From Eledone cirrhosa (lineage: Eukaryota): DNA of 64,000 nt. The position numbers were made by a program, and so were the translations under genes. The notes beneath the pieces were generated by a model. That model saw nothing but the letters and a program-made list of their open reading frames with translations. It was not told the DNA's origin and made no database searches. This document shows positions 51,180 to 64,000 of this stretch, piece by piece. The stretch is taken from contig OZ024742.1 in assembly GCA_964016885.1 (NCBI GenBank), forward strand, positions 86,986,001 through 87,050,000, read 5' to 3'. The stretch's first letter is position 1. Every line of letters begins with the position of its first letter.

Positions 51180-53153
51180 TGTGTATCTCTCCCTCCCTTC
51201 TCTTTCGCAATCGACGACAGAAAAGAAAAGTCTCGTGCAAAGCGTGCAAGATTTCTCCACTACGACGACGACAACGACGACGAAACAGGTGTGCGGGAAA
51301 TACGAAAACCCATTTCATTCGTCTGACGTCAGGAATAATAGCAGTAGCAGCCGTAATAACAACAGCAACAGTGACAATGAAAACAACAGTAGCAGCCGCA
51401 ACAGCATCATAAGCAGCATAAACAACAACAGCATTAGCAGCAGCATAAACAACAACAACCACAGCAACAGCGGCGGCGGCAGTAGTCGTAGTACCTGCAG
51501 CAACAACAAAAGTAACAGCAGCTCTGACGACAACAACAACAGCAACACAGAAAAACCAATCTCGTTTGCAGGTATCGCGAAGAATCTGGAAACAATCCTC
51601 ATGACAAATGAGGAATTAGAGGAAGCGAAGAAGATGGTGACAAAAACTGGACACCGAGCAATCTGCACGGCAGCGGAAACATTTTTCGAAACCTAACAGC
51701 ACTGTACGGTCACGTAGGGTTGAAAGAGCCACAGAGGCTCAAATACAAAAAGCCTTGGTGTCTGTGTGTCAGCGGAAAAAGCACATCACCCGAGGCAAGA
51801 AATATGCCACCGTAGACGTACTTTTTGCCACACCCCAGAAGGCAAAGGCTCAATTCGTAGTGACCCTAAGGAGCGAGGAGATGGTGTTGGTGCCCTCCTA
51901 CTGCGCGCAAAAAATTGTGAGGGTCAAACTGAACCACGCCCCCCTCCCCCGGATGGCCCCTTCCTGGCTGGCCGCGTCTGTCCGCGTCGGAATCGAGGAC
52001 AAAACAACTGTACTGCAAGTACAGAAAAAAGTACGAGAAGATTGGGTCGGCACCTCCATTGAGATGTTAATCCAAACCAACCAGGAGTGCATCGAAGCTA
52101 TCCCGGATGTGATATATTTCGATAACGGCACTCAACTGCCCATAAGTGTTGAGGGCAAACGCCCGAAATGTTTTCGCTGTGGATCGAAGACTCACCTCAG
52201 GGCCTTCTGCAACGAGAAGACCCTGAGAAAGGAGAAAACCCCCCTCCTTCCGAAACCGGCTCCACGGCTACAAGCAACAGGACGAGCAGCAACCAGGAAC
52301 GATAAGTCCATGGCACCCATACCCACGCCACGGAAATCAAAAACAGCAGCAGCAGTGGAAGTATTAACAACAACAAGAGCAATACCAAATGCAGCTGCAA
52401 CAGAGACTCCAGTGCAAACATCACCAGCAACAACAGGTGAAAGAGTGGAGCTGGTAACCCTCCCCGACCTCAAAGGATCAGACAGGGAGTGTGAGGTGGG
52501 AGAGGGATGGCAAAAGTCGTAAGAGGGCACAAACGGAGAAGCAGCGCATCGTCGCCTTTGAAAAGGGAGGAAAGAAATGAAAAAGGGTAAAGTCTACTGC
52601 AAAGAGACTCACAGCAGCAACACCACCAACACCATCACCACCCACACTAGCACCACCATTACCACCGGCGACAACCCCACCGCCAACAACAACAACACCT
52701 TCAACACCACCACCACAAGCACCAACATCGCAAACACAACAACAAAACACACACATCCAGCAAAAACGACAACAAAATAGCAGAACCACACCCGACCCCC
52801 AGAAAAACAAATGCACGGCAATAAATACACACAACAAGAAACTAATGACTTACATAATTGAACACACAGACATTTCACAACACGACTACATAATACCAGC
52901 ACCAATCAAAACGCCAACTAACATAAGACTGCTAAAAATAGCACAGAAACAATACACAAACATTAAAACGAAATTCCCCAACGCTGTTGGTGATTTCAGA
53001 GACCTAGGAGGAACTATCAACCGAAGAGTATATTCGGACATACTCATAGAAGAGCCGATGACCAGCCAAAGGGACGATTCATCGGTCCCTTCACCAGACG
53101 ATCAATTGAAAAGGGATGTAAAAACCATCCATCCTCTACGAAAAGTACGGTAA
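51180..53153 (+). pseudogene. ORF1 (gag-like, CX2CX4HX4C), disrupted
   Basis: VEGKRPKCFRCGSKTHLRAFC in 51755-52522; SFAGIAK motif upstream; stops and frameshifts between pieces. Confidence 0.82.
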
Positions 53154-53188
53154 GTGGTCTTTCCCATCTTTTCCACTCTATTTTAAAC

Positions 53189-55897
53189 ATGACTTCACCC
53201 AGAATAGGCAGCATATATGCGCGTGGCTTGGGGTCGTCATGGAAGCAGGGTCACCTGCTCAACGACCTCAGGTCACTAAACATAGATGTAGTGGCCATCA
53301 GCGAGACCAGAATCTCCGAAGCACGGGCCTTCGCACGGATCTTCGGCGGCTATGCAGTGTACGCATCTCCCAGCCGTCCTGGATCGGGGGGAGGAGTTGC
53401 TGTGCTTTTTCGGAGAGGTTTGGATCTCGTCATACGGGCCATCTTCCTGGACCCAGAGGGTAAGTTGGTGGTGCTGGACGTGACCAGCGGAGACGGGCAA
53501 GCTTTCAGGCGAGTGGCCGTCTATGCCCCGGCAGGAGCAGAGCGGCCTGATTTCTTCCGGTGTCTGGAGACCTTTCTTGGAACGTCCCGCTCTTTAGTGT
53601 TAGTGGGCGACTGGAACGGGATCTTAGATGCACGCTGGGACTGTGTGGGATTAGCGGATAAGGGGTGGAGGGTGCAAGAGCCTCACCAACCTGCTCAGGC
53701 GTTTTGAACTGTCTGACAGGTACCGATTGGATTTCCCGAATGTGCCAATGTGGACTTAGACAAATCGCATAGGGTCATCCAGATCATATCTAGATAGAGT
53801 ATTTTTAGGGAAATAGATAGGTCTAGCATAGGCTGTCCACAATTCAAGATAGTCAGCTACACGGACCACAAATTGGTGATCTGTGTGCTTGACTTAGATA
53901 GGCTTCATAGATGAGCACCCGGCTACTGGAAGCTAAACGCCTCCTTACCAGCGCGCAAGGCGTACAGAGACCGGATTAGCAAATGTGTGAAGCTTTTCAG
54001 CGACACTTCGCTCAGCTGTTCGGGGGCAGCGGTGGGCCGGGTAGAGGGATGGACTTTAGTGTCTACCTCGACGGACTGCCGCGGCTCTCGGCCACTGAGG
54101 CGAAGTGTTGCGAAAAGCCGATAACAACCGCTGAAGTAAGGGAGGCAATGACTGGCTGCACAATGGGTTAATCGCCTGGTTTGGATGGTCTGCCCTATGA
54201 ACTTTACGTACAGATGCCAGACTTGTTCGGAGGCCTCTTGGCAACGTCTACTGCAACTAGCAACAGAACGGGAGTATTACCAGTTCTGTGAGCCGAGGAG
54301 CGGTTGCACTGCTGAGAAAGGATCCGAACAAGGGGGATAACATAGATAATTTCCGGCCCATAACTCTGCTAAACACAGAGTTCAAGATTTTGGCCAAGGT
54401 GCTAGCAAAGAGGTTGGCGCTTGTCGTTGGTGGTCTGGTGGGAGAGGCGCATACATGCGCCATTCCCGACATATCTATCCACGACAACCTCCACCTCATG
54501 CGATACATCGTAAGAGAAGGTAGCCAGGGAACCTGGCACGGGTGGGTCCTTGATCGATTTAGATCAGTCGAAAGCTTTCGATAGGGTCGACCATCGTTAC
54601 CTAGCGGCAGTCCTGAGGGCGGCTGGCTTTGGGCCCGTCTTCAGAGGCTGGATCGCTGCCATGCACAGCGACATCTGCTCTGTGGTGAGAGTGAACAGTC
54701 ACCTGTCGGAACGTTCAACATCATGCGCTCGGTCCGCCAAGGATGTCCCCTCTCGTCCCTCTTGTACGTATTGACTAAAACTGGGACGAGGTGACGAGCA
54801 GGGTGGCTTCTCTCACCCAGAAATGGGCGGAGAGGAAGCTATCCCTGAAAGGTCGAGCGGAGGTGGCTAACGCGTACATCGCGTCTGTCATCTGCTACCG
54901 CCTGACCGTCGTACCTTTTCCTAAGCCTCGCCTGACTACGCTGGAGCGTCTGCTCTCTCGCTTTTTGTGGAAATGCGCTCCGATGGTCAGGCGGTCCATC
55001 TGTTGTCAACACCCGCTACGTGGAGGGCTGGGCAGGCCGTGGCTGATGATGCGCAGGCACGCGCTGAGGCTACAACATCTCCACCTTGACGGTGATCAGG
55101 TGTGGTCGCCGTTTGCTAGACACGTATTTCCCCAGCTCGTTTCCTTGACGGAGCTGCAGTCCTGGGTCAAGCGAAGACCGAGAGGGAGCGCCTGGAGACT
55201 GGAATGTCTTCAGGGGCTCACAGCCCTCGACCAATCGGGCAATGTGATAGGTGGAAACTCCACCTCGGCGTTCTATAGTGGATTAGAGGAGGGGAAGAGC
55301 GACGACGTACTTGGGGAAACTCTAGGCGTCGACGAAAATCAACTAGCCAATCTCTTCGGAAGAACTTTCAGGCCAGGGCCTATGGACAACTTCCAGAAAT
55401 CTCTGGCCTGGCAGTGCTACCGAGGAGCCTTGCCAGTTCGGGATAAACTGTACAGGCATGGAGGTGCCGTCAGCCGGGCATGTCCGAGATGCGCACAGGG
55501 CGACGAAACCGTCCTGCACTCACTCGTCCAGTGTCCGAAAATTGCTGACTCGTGGGTTTATGTTGAACACCTGCTGTCGCGTTTAGGACGGATCCGGCAA
55601 TCATCTGAGTCCATCGTGAGGATTGCCCCGCCCTCCTCCTTTAGCCGGGAAGGGCAGGAAGTTTTTATCTGTCTGGTGGCCATGGCGAAAGTGATAGTAT
55701 GGTGGGCAGGTTTGAAAGGGCTGAAGACGAGCACTTACCTCTTCGGTGATGCTCTGATTGACTTTTTCAAATTTCATTTGAAAAGGAATATCAGAGTAGA
55801 GAGGGAAGTGCTCTCTTCCCAGCATTTTGTTGAAAGATGGGTGAGAGAAGCAAGAATGGCCCGAGTGAATGGGTCTACTCTGAGTATATATCTGTAA
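53189..55897 (+). pseudogene. ORF2 APE endonuclease + RT, with stops, frameshifts and internal deletions
   Basis: ARGL, ISET, VYAP, GDWN, YLDRV, YTDH (APE); PGLDGLPYE, FRPITLLN, LDQSKAFDRV, VRQGCPLSP (RT); the YADD region is deleted at about 54775. Confidence 0.9.
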
Positions 55898-56199
55898 ATT
55901 AAACGTGGAAAACTGGGATAGGGCACTTGCCTTGGTGGTCAGGGTCATTGTGGCATTTTACTGGGCTTTCTCCATAAATGTCCCTCAGAAGTCTCCCCCC
56001 TATTGGGGAATTTTTCATTGTTATTTTTTGTTTCATCCTCTGTTTTTGTTTTTTACACGCAGAAATGCCCATTTGTACCGTCCTGTATTGTCCTGCACTG
56101 TCCTTAATGTCTACTTTATGTAAACCCTTGTGGTTAATAAAGAAATCATTATTATTATCATTATTATTATTATTATTATTACTATTATTTTATGAGAAC

Positions 56200-57085
56200 T
56201 TTTATATCTCACTCATTGATATTATTGAAACGGATAATTTACGTATCGAAGGTTCTTTGCTGTTGCAAGAAGGCATGCATTTGGAGGTTTCAAAACAAAA
56301 TGTGGGCAGCTGGGCTAAAGTTATTTATCAACCTTGGAAACCCTTAGAGTTAGTATCTAATGCTCTTATGACGATGGGGACGACCTTTATCTCGTGGCGA
56401 TACCAATCCTTTTCAGTTCCCAATTTAGGTCCTGGTAACGGCTAACATGCACGCTTCACATGCACGCTTCCGTCAGAGATGCAAACTACATATGTTATCA
56501 AACAGGATGTTTCTCTTTGTGAAAAAACCCAACAGTTCTGTCATAGTTCTCACTATGTGACAATTTATTCAGTTTGTATGAATGCCAGTGAATTACTATT
56601 CCTATGATATCATACCTCCTTCTTTTCTAGTGAGTTTGAACTTGGTCTGCACGGATATAATGTGAGCCATATCTGCCCCCTCTTTCTCTCTCTCTTCACA
56701 TATCCTACAGAGTTGGCTAGCCATTACCTTGTCAATACGGTATTTAATCTACTTCGTTCTAAGGGCTTGGTCCTGTGTAGCCAATAGCATTCCCTCTGTA
56801 GTTTCTTAATTTCTTTCTATAACCAGTCCATGTCTGTGCATCTCTGAATTTTATTTTCCTTAAAATATCCCATGACGTGTCATTTCATTCAGGTTGTTTT
56901 CCTCTGTGCTGTTCTTTCTTTCTTGCACATCCCCTTATCTATTGTCCTCTATCTCATTAAAGCCTTAAACATTCGATCGTTGCTTAATCTCAAACGCACA
57001 TTTTTTGGAATCATCTCTTCTCAATCTGAACACAGTCCTCCATGCTGACTAGACCTCTTCCACCTTCAGATCTCCTTAATTACAG
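56200..57085 (-). mobile_element. Degraded R4/Dong-like 3' part, tail-to-tail with the Tx1-like LINE across a TTA tract
   Basis: acgtatcgaaggttctt...gcatgc is the reverse complement of the family A ORF end; agacctcttccaccttcagatctcctta corresponds to RRSEGGRGL. Confidence 0.8.
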
Positions 57086-59324
57086 ACTATCAACATAGGC
57101 CTTCTGATGATACATACCGCAGTTAGTAAATTAATAAGATTGTCTTCCCATCCAGTTACGTTTATTCGTTTTAAGAAATCTCGTTCTCTACTTAATAACA
57201 GACATATGTATAACAATTTGCGTAGCATTGATTTTATTAAACGCTACTTTTAAGAGAACTTATAACCTATAAAATTGATTCATTTCCCGCTATACAATAT
57301 ATGGAATAGCCAAAAATACATTACATATATTTACAATGTACAATATCCATGTGTAACTATAGATTTATTGAACATCACGACTCGACACGTGATGCAGGAG
57401 CACTTGTATATTATTCTGTAATGAGACATGTAGCAATATTTTCAAAATGTGATTATATTGAAATGAGTCTCCTTTCAAAGTAAATGATGGAATGCAGCGA
57501 TTATGTATATCATATAGGATATTCATTGATATTTTAAATATTATCGTATATGCTGTATGTACGATCATGTCAGTATTATATTTTAAATTTATATTCGTTT
57601 CGAAATGTAAATACGGAACCGATGATAAACGACACAGGTAACGGAAATTAATACTAACATTGATTTGATGGTGTAATTGTCATAGTGCATTTATTATACA
57701 CAGCATATACGAGAATATGTATAAATGCATATAAATATATGGTCCTGAACAATCTATCAATGTATACACTAGAATATAACGTTACGTTTTAACTTCAAAT
57801 AATTTTGATTGATTTCACGCTGTAAATGTAGAGAACCAAATAAATTAAATACACGTTTTTAATATACTTGTTAAGCTACCAAGTCAAATCAATATGTATA
57901 TGGATTTTTTCTTTTGAATAATCATATATACCATGTTCTACATAATTTGCTGAATGTTGCCGTTTGTTATTTTAGAGAAATTAATAAAACATCATCTGTC
58001 ATTGTGAAATAACGTTATGCAATGCTCTTAATCAGACACATTGTTTGAAGAACACTTCTAGTTTGTGATTTTCCGTCCATCAGCAAATTCATAACGACTA
58101 ATTGACATGTTTTCCTTATACGCGCACTAATTAAGTAGTTGTGTGTATTGCTTTTGATGTGTTTTTTTTTTTTATTAATCTACACTAGTCATAGTCATTT
58201 CGTCTTCATCTATAAGCATTCTCTTCTGACGATTTTGTTGTTGAAGCTATTTCACTGATAACTAATTTATTATAAATTTCTACTTAATTCGAAATGAGTT
58301 TTCGATTAATTTACTTTCAGCAGTTACGAACTAATGAGCGGGAATGATATCATATCGTACACAATCCTTTTAACTGACTGTGTGAAAAGGCATATATATA
58401 TGCACCGATACATGTTGGAGGAGGGAGAGAAGAGTATTTTTAAAAAGTGATCTCGATCTACATATAAACTAACGCCTCTCTTTACATTTACATAATTTAT
58501 TTTATTTAAGAATTACGATATCGAAAAAGACATGTTACATTAAACATTATATTATTGTAAAAGTTTTAAATACAAGCTGGCTGTATATATTTTCGTTATT
58601 AACTTCCATTAATCACTTCCCACATTCCTGTAATGTGTACATTATGGAACGGTTTGAACTTACTTCAATAATATAAACACTTTCTTCTGCATAACACATC
58701 GTTTGAATATTCCCATTCCAGCCTGTCGTGTCATTAAAAAAACATTCTTATCGAATACTGGGATCAACTGACAAGAGGCAGTAAGTTTAAGAGACGTGCT
58801 AATCTCATGTATACAGGGCATTACGTTACACTTTCCTCGTGTTACATATTCCTCCTCTCCAACCTTTCATTATTATCTTTATTACGATTGGTACAAGTAC
58901 ATATATTTTAGAGGACTATAAATGTCCCTTGATTAGCTGGATGCAGTATATTCCTATTTTACAGGTGGATCTTGCCCATGTAAAGTTATATTAATTTCAG
59001 GTTAGGCTGACCTCATTGTATATACAGATACTTTTCTGCAATTAATGTTTCCGTAATTTTAGTCATTTTACCAATCAGATTATTCGATGAAATGTAAATA
59101 ATTTGCTCTCCTGCAAAAGCTTAAAGGCAAATATCACACACGAGACATTGTAAGGGACAAATAATCTGGAATTGTATTTACTCGTGACATAAGAAAAGCA
59201 TGCATGTTCGGAATGAAAAGCGATAAACTAGCAAACTGCGTGTAAGTACCATATACCATTTAGAATAATACATTTGTGGTTCAATAATTTTCTCACGATC
59301 GACGTCTAAACTTCTTTATGAAAT

Positions 59325-60060
59325 CATTATTATTATTATTGATCTTAATTGATTTTAGTGCGTGTCGTCACTGCCTTGTCGAGTAGAATTCTGTGTTTCT
59401 AGGAAATGTACGATGCTGTTTTTGGAGTGGTTCTTTCAACTGTTTTGAAAGTACTCTTCTGGACATTTGCGTAATTCCTATTAGTGCTACTTTTGTACAA
59501 TGTATATATTTATAATAATTGAGGTTTGAGTCATGTATCCTTGTGATATGTTATCACTCCCAAAACATCACAATTATTTTGATAGGGATTGTCTATATTT
59601 TAAACATATTCATACTGGTCTTTTCTATCCACATAACTGTATATTTGGATACTTTTCTATTTCCTCGTCTGTCTAGATAGACACATCAATCAGAATATTT
59701 CCTTTATGGGATGTGACAAAATAGATTAGCTTTCATCTACTTGTCTGTGGGTATTGATATATCACGGAGCGTTGTTTCTTTATCATTCTCTGATATCTGT
59801 GTTATTTTGTAATTCTCTGACACATTTTCTGCTTCATAAATTTACCATGCTTTTTGCTCTTGTTATTTCGATGTGTTGACATAATTTCTAGTGTATATAA
59901 ATCCGTATTCTAACAGGTCAGGATATTTTGTTTGCATTCATTAACCAAGCAATCTGTCACAATTACATGTCTTTGATCTCCATCGTTTCATGATGCATAT
60001 AGGCTTACATTTGCCTTTGGGTGTACACCACTGTCCATTATTTACTTACTAGTTTTCGTA
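59325..60060 (-). mobile_element. Very degraded R4-like RLE/3' end terminating in a TAA tract
   Basis: Minus-strand remnants resembling LIDVS and KIALIG; ends at attattattattatt (about 59326-59340). Confidence 0.5.
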
Positions 60061-60610
60061 TCTTCGTTTGTCCAATTCAAAATAAATTGCAGTATATCCC
60101 GTAACCGTCACAACTCAAATATTCATAGCACTAATTAAGTTCTTCCCATTCAAATTAATTTTCAATTTCCTTTTATCTTCCCAAAATGCCCAGATATGAG
60201 TGTCTACTATCATCAGTGTTACGATTCGACTCTCCACCAGGTATATTAATCTCAGCACAATGTATTTCTTAGTTATGGGTAGGGACGTTGCGATACGAAA
60301 CTCCATCCGATTGAATCGCAACAACAGTAGACAGTTATGCCTATGCAGTTAACCAGATATTCATTCCGACCAAAGTACTTCAGATCATAAAAGTAGATGA
60401 TTGATTTAAGCTCCTCTGTTTTCTATATAACAGCCAATATCTGTATCCTGCAAGGCCACACTGAATTCATGGCATTAAAAAAGCGCAATGATGAGAAGTT
60501 ATCATCCAGAAATATTCTTCATGTTATATTGAATTCACTTACATGTTTGTTTCCTACATACAGGGTTGTCTTCCGCAATGGCATGCTAGCTACCATTACG
60601 TTATTGGCAC

Positions 60611-60802
60611 AGGGCGATGGATTGGCAGTATCGTTAGACGGTCGGACGCCATGCTTTGCTGAAAAGAGTTACGGCCCTTTATAATCTCAGTTCAAATCCC
60701 GCCGAGGTTAAATTACCCTTTCATCCTTACGGGGTCTATAAAATAAAGTACCAGTAATACACTGGGATAATTGCTGGCCTTGTGCCAAAAGTAAAAACAA
60801 TT
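60611..60802 (+). mobile_element. Full-length SINE with diverged TSD
   Basis: Head gggcgatggattggcagtatcg; TSD attacgttattggca (60595) / attacattattgaca (60800). Confidence 0.92.
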
Positions 60803-61079
60803 ACATTATTGACAGTCTAATATCCCAATTATTCTCAAACAGTTAAGTGCCCATGAATAAGGAACCGTTGCAAAGGCTTCCCTATAATCTATCCAAGTCA
60901 TGCATTGTTTACCAGACTTATGTTGCATCTATTCATGAGCGAGCTATTAACACCAAGATTTTCTTTGGTTACATGGAGAAGTTTTCCTCGGTCTTTTTTG
61001 CTCGTCATGTAGCATCTATCTCTGAAGCAAGGGCTCATAGTTTGTTATAGCAATGAGGCTAGTTAACAGATTCCAAATA

Positions 61080-62100
61080 CATTTCAGTAAGCAATCGAAC
61101 TGTGATTTTCAACGAACATGCTTTTCCTTTTATCCCACATTATCAAAGATATTTCCCTTCAAGCATCTACCTTGTAATTGCTCTTAGTACTACGTAATGA
61201 ATTACTTACTGCCCTGAATATTCATTTTTAAATATTTTCAAACAGATTCCTTGGATCTGGTCCGACCTAGGAGGTTTCCAGTTTGGCATGTTCTTTACTT
61301 GCTCTTGAACGACTTCTTTGAAACTATTTCTCCATCGATATTTTGATAATATATAATCAGCTTCATTTATCCACTTCACATCAATGTCATGCTCGTTTAC
61401 AACTGCCATAGATCTTTAAAATATTGTGTGGATTGTTCAAAATTATATGCAATATCTGTCCCATTTTCTGGTTTGCAAAGGGCAATCATTTGTGTTCATA
61501 TTGTGTTTGCCTGTTAGTATAGGAACTAACTCGGTTAAAATTTGCCTTTATTTGATGCTTCATTTCAACCAACGTTATATTCCAACCTTTCATATTTATG
61601 TTATTACTCATGTTCATGTGTCAATTCTCCCCCTATTTGACCTTGTTCCATTTTGCTCTATGCCTTGCATCCATTTCACCTAGATCTATTCTAAACTGAG
61701 TTGTCTGACATTCCCATATTAACTTCCACCAGGGTTACTTACATCTCCTCCTCACAGTATGCTTAATACATAATCGCACATCCATCACAAATCCCTTAGC
61801 GCTAATTAACGTTCTCAAGTCGATCATATTATTGGTTTCTCTGCCCATTATTGCATGTTTTACTTTGGCGGTTTTAGATGCTAAACGGCTTGTCTCTCTA
61901 TTCCGAAGATTCAGCCGCGTCTTATTAAATCCAGGATCATTAAACGTATATTTTAATATGTTGCTGATCAATCTTCTTTTTTCCCTTTTTTTCATTCACA
62001 ATTTCAATACCATACAGTCCGTCAGTTGATTTTCCATTCGTATTACATTTAGTAGTTCATCATTTCCTCCGTCATGAGTGTTTTGTTAGGCTAATTCTTA
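61080..62100 (-). mobile_element. Very degraded R4-like N-terminal/pre-RT fragment
   Basis: MPNWKPPRSDQIQGICLK resembles LTNWKSPGPDGVQGYWIK of family A. Confidence 0.65.
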
Positions 62101-62119
62101 CTCGGTTGATTTATTTTCA

Positions 62120-63050
62120 TTGTGGACGGTAAGTTTCCGCCTGTCGATCAGAATTAACATTCATACTTGGATCTTCAACTTGCAGCCATTCAATTAAACC
62201 TTTGTGAAATAGTTATGCCGGTTGATTTCCCTTATCTATCCCATCACATTTATCCTGCTGGTTTCAAGCATTCCCAACTTTTTACCAATGCTGAAATATC
62301 AGTTAAACTTCACCAGGAGTCTTCCCTCTTTTGCAATAATGTCACACCTGCTGTAGTCCATCCTGCCTCAACATTCATTGCATCGTTTTATTTTTCTGTG
62401 GCGATAAACCTGTGTGTTAATTTGGCTTACAGCTGCAAGATGTGGATCTGTGAAAATCTTTACAAACTGATCTTAGATTCTAACAGTGCTACTCCCGTCA
62501 CAAAGCCCCTAACTGACGGCTTCACCTCTGGTCTCTTTCCAGAGGCTCCCAACATCTATCCCACCTCAATAGCATTTAGAATTCATATTTCTGCACGTCA
62601 TCAATTTCGAGTGATCTGCGTTCCTGAGGTTTCACAACTACCAGTGTTTCTCTTGTTTACAGCACCAACAAGAAGCTTACAAACAATCCCTGAAAAAACA
62701 CTTCCTGGTGTTTTGGCTGTTGTCGATTTCGCTGAAGCTCATAATTTCAGCTATCACGTAGACAATGATGGTGCCTGTGTTGGTAGCAGTAATGGCGGTG
62801 GGACTTTTGATAAAATATGTGGTTTAAAAGTGTTACACTTTCGCTGTGTTACTGTGATTGTGATGGTTTTGGTGCGAGTGCCATTGCGGCTGTTTGTCGT
62901 TCTTTTTCCGTTCGTTTAAACTTTGTCGTGTTAATGAACATGTTTTTATTTTTTTTTTTTGCTTTGGTGAAGGTTAGCGTATTCGAGTGTTAGTTCTGCT
63001 ACTATGTAAAGTGGTTACATTTTTGAATGGGCCTTAAGCGCCCGGTCAAC
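62120..63050 (-). mobile_element. Possible degraded Tx1-like 5' UTR/ORF1
   Basis: Minus-strand remnants (MSFSEI, SGKRP) weakly resemble ORF1 at 51.5-52.2 kb. Confidence 0.4.
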
Positions 63051-63149
63051 TAGAGAATATATTTTTGGCCACTAAGCGTGTATTTAGTTAATTGCGGAAG
63101 TTGATGAGAGTTAGTGTGGTCGACCGCGCTCAGTGTAAATGTGATAATA

Positions 63150-63990
63150 GGACAAAAAAAATCAAGGGAAAATGAATGTTTACAAAATCTATCAACCATC
63201 AGACAATCAGCCAGTGCAAACACTAATGGTGGAAACACTAACTTAGCATTCAATAGATGTTTACTGTCGGGTAACAATGACGACTGTCTTAGGGAAAAAC
63301 TAGGAATCGACAGAAAACAATTGACCAGACTTTTCCAGATTTACCATCCAGGGCCAATGTATACATTTCAGAAATACCAGACCTGGCCATGCTACCGATG
63401 GTATTTGCCAGTTCGAGATACACGCTACCGTCATGGGAATGCCGTTAGCCTGTCCTACCCGAGACTCGCTCAGGTTGACGAAACATTCCTATACGCACAC
63501 TTTGTGTGTCTGAGTTTTGTTGACCTCAATGCTCACGTCTCAATACCTGATGTTATGTGTGGCAGACATCCGATTATCAGCAGATGCCATTGTGAAGATC
63601 AGCCCGCCGTCTTTCTTTAGAGACGAAGGATAGGCAGTTATTATTTGCCTGTTTTCTCTGGCGAATGATGTCGTGTGGTTGACGTTCTTTAAAGGGTTGA
63701 AGACTTATCGGTAAAGCCCTAATTATCGTTTTCATGTTTCACCCGATGAGGAAATCAGGATGTGGTGTGAAACATTGCCTGCACCAAATGTGTTGAAATG
63801 TTGGTGAGAGAGGTTCGCATTGGCCAAGTGGATAGATTTGCTCTGAGTATGCGCCTGTAAACTGAAGAACAACTGAGAGTTAGCAAATGTCCTAGCGGTC
63901 AAGATTACAATGGTCATTTGTAGGACCTCCCCATGATCCCTGGAGGTATCTCCATTTTGGGTGAATTTGTACCGACCTTATTGTCCGCTT
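63150..63990 (+). mobile_element. Degraded Tx1/L1-like ORF2 3' part
   Basis: PGPMYTFQK...WPCYRWYLPVRDTRYRHG...DET matches PGPMDNFQK...WQCYRGALPVRDKLYRHG at 55.4 kb. Confidence 0.85.
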
Positions 63991-64000
63991 AATAAACGCT

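Larger units (their letters stand above)
50852..56146 (+). mobile_element. Near full-length but disrupted Tx1/L1-like LINE bounded by (TTA)n
   Basis: ORF1 with zinc knuckle; ORF2 with APE, RT and C-terminal Cys motif; 3' end ...aataaagaaatcattattatt; TTA tracts on both sides. Confidence 0.9.

Noticed and set aside
62167-62919. 250-aa plus-strand ORF as a host gene
   Set aside because: Starts at TTG, has no recognisable domain, and lies among degraded retroelement remnants.

Overview
AT-rich animal genomic DNA, most likely a cephalopod such as Octopus (inferred from the SINE family and TA-repeat density, not proven). I see no convincing host gene. The window is almost all retroelements and microsatellites, in two sets sorted by microsatellite. 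(1) The (TA)n-rich region (mainly 1-25 kb, also 43-46 kb) holds two Penelope-like elements (PLEs) and many short fold-back inserts. At least five complete-core minimal hammerhead ribozyme (HHR) motifs and two U3-A8 core variants can be read by eye. (2) A (TAA)n/(TTA)n landing zone spans about 25-57 kb. A 15 kb head-to-tail array holds about 9 insertions from three R4/Dong-like RT+RLE families, one full-length with an intact 1130-aa ORF, each separated by a TAA tract. An APE-type Tx1/L1-like LINE and a tRNA-derived SINE use the same tracts on the opposite strand. The SINE's target-site duplications begin with ATTA and its 3' end resembles the LINE tail, suggesting a TTA-specific LINE/SINE pair. 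All alignments and folds were done by eye and coordinates of degraded elements are approximate.
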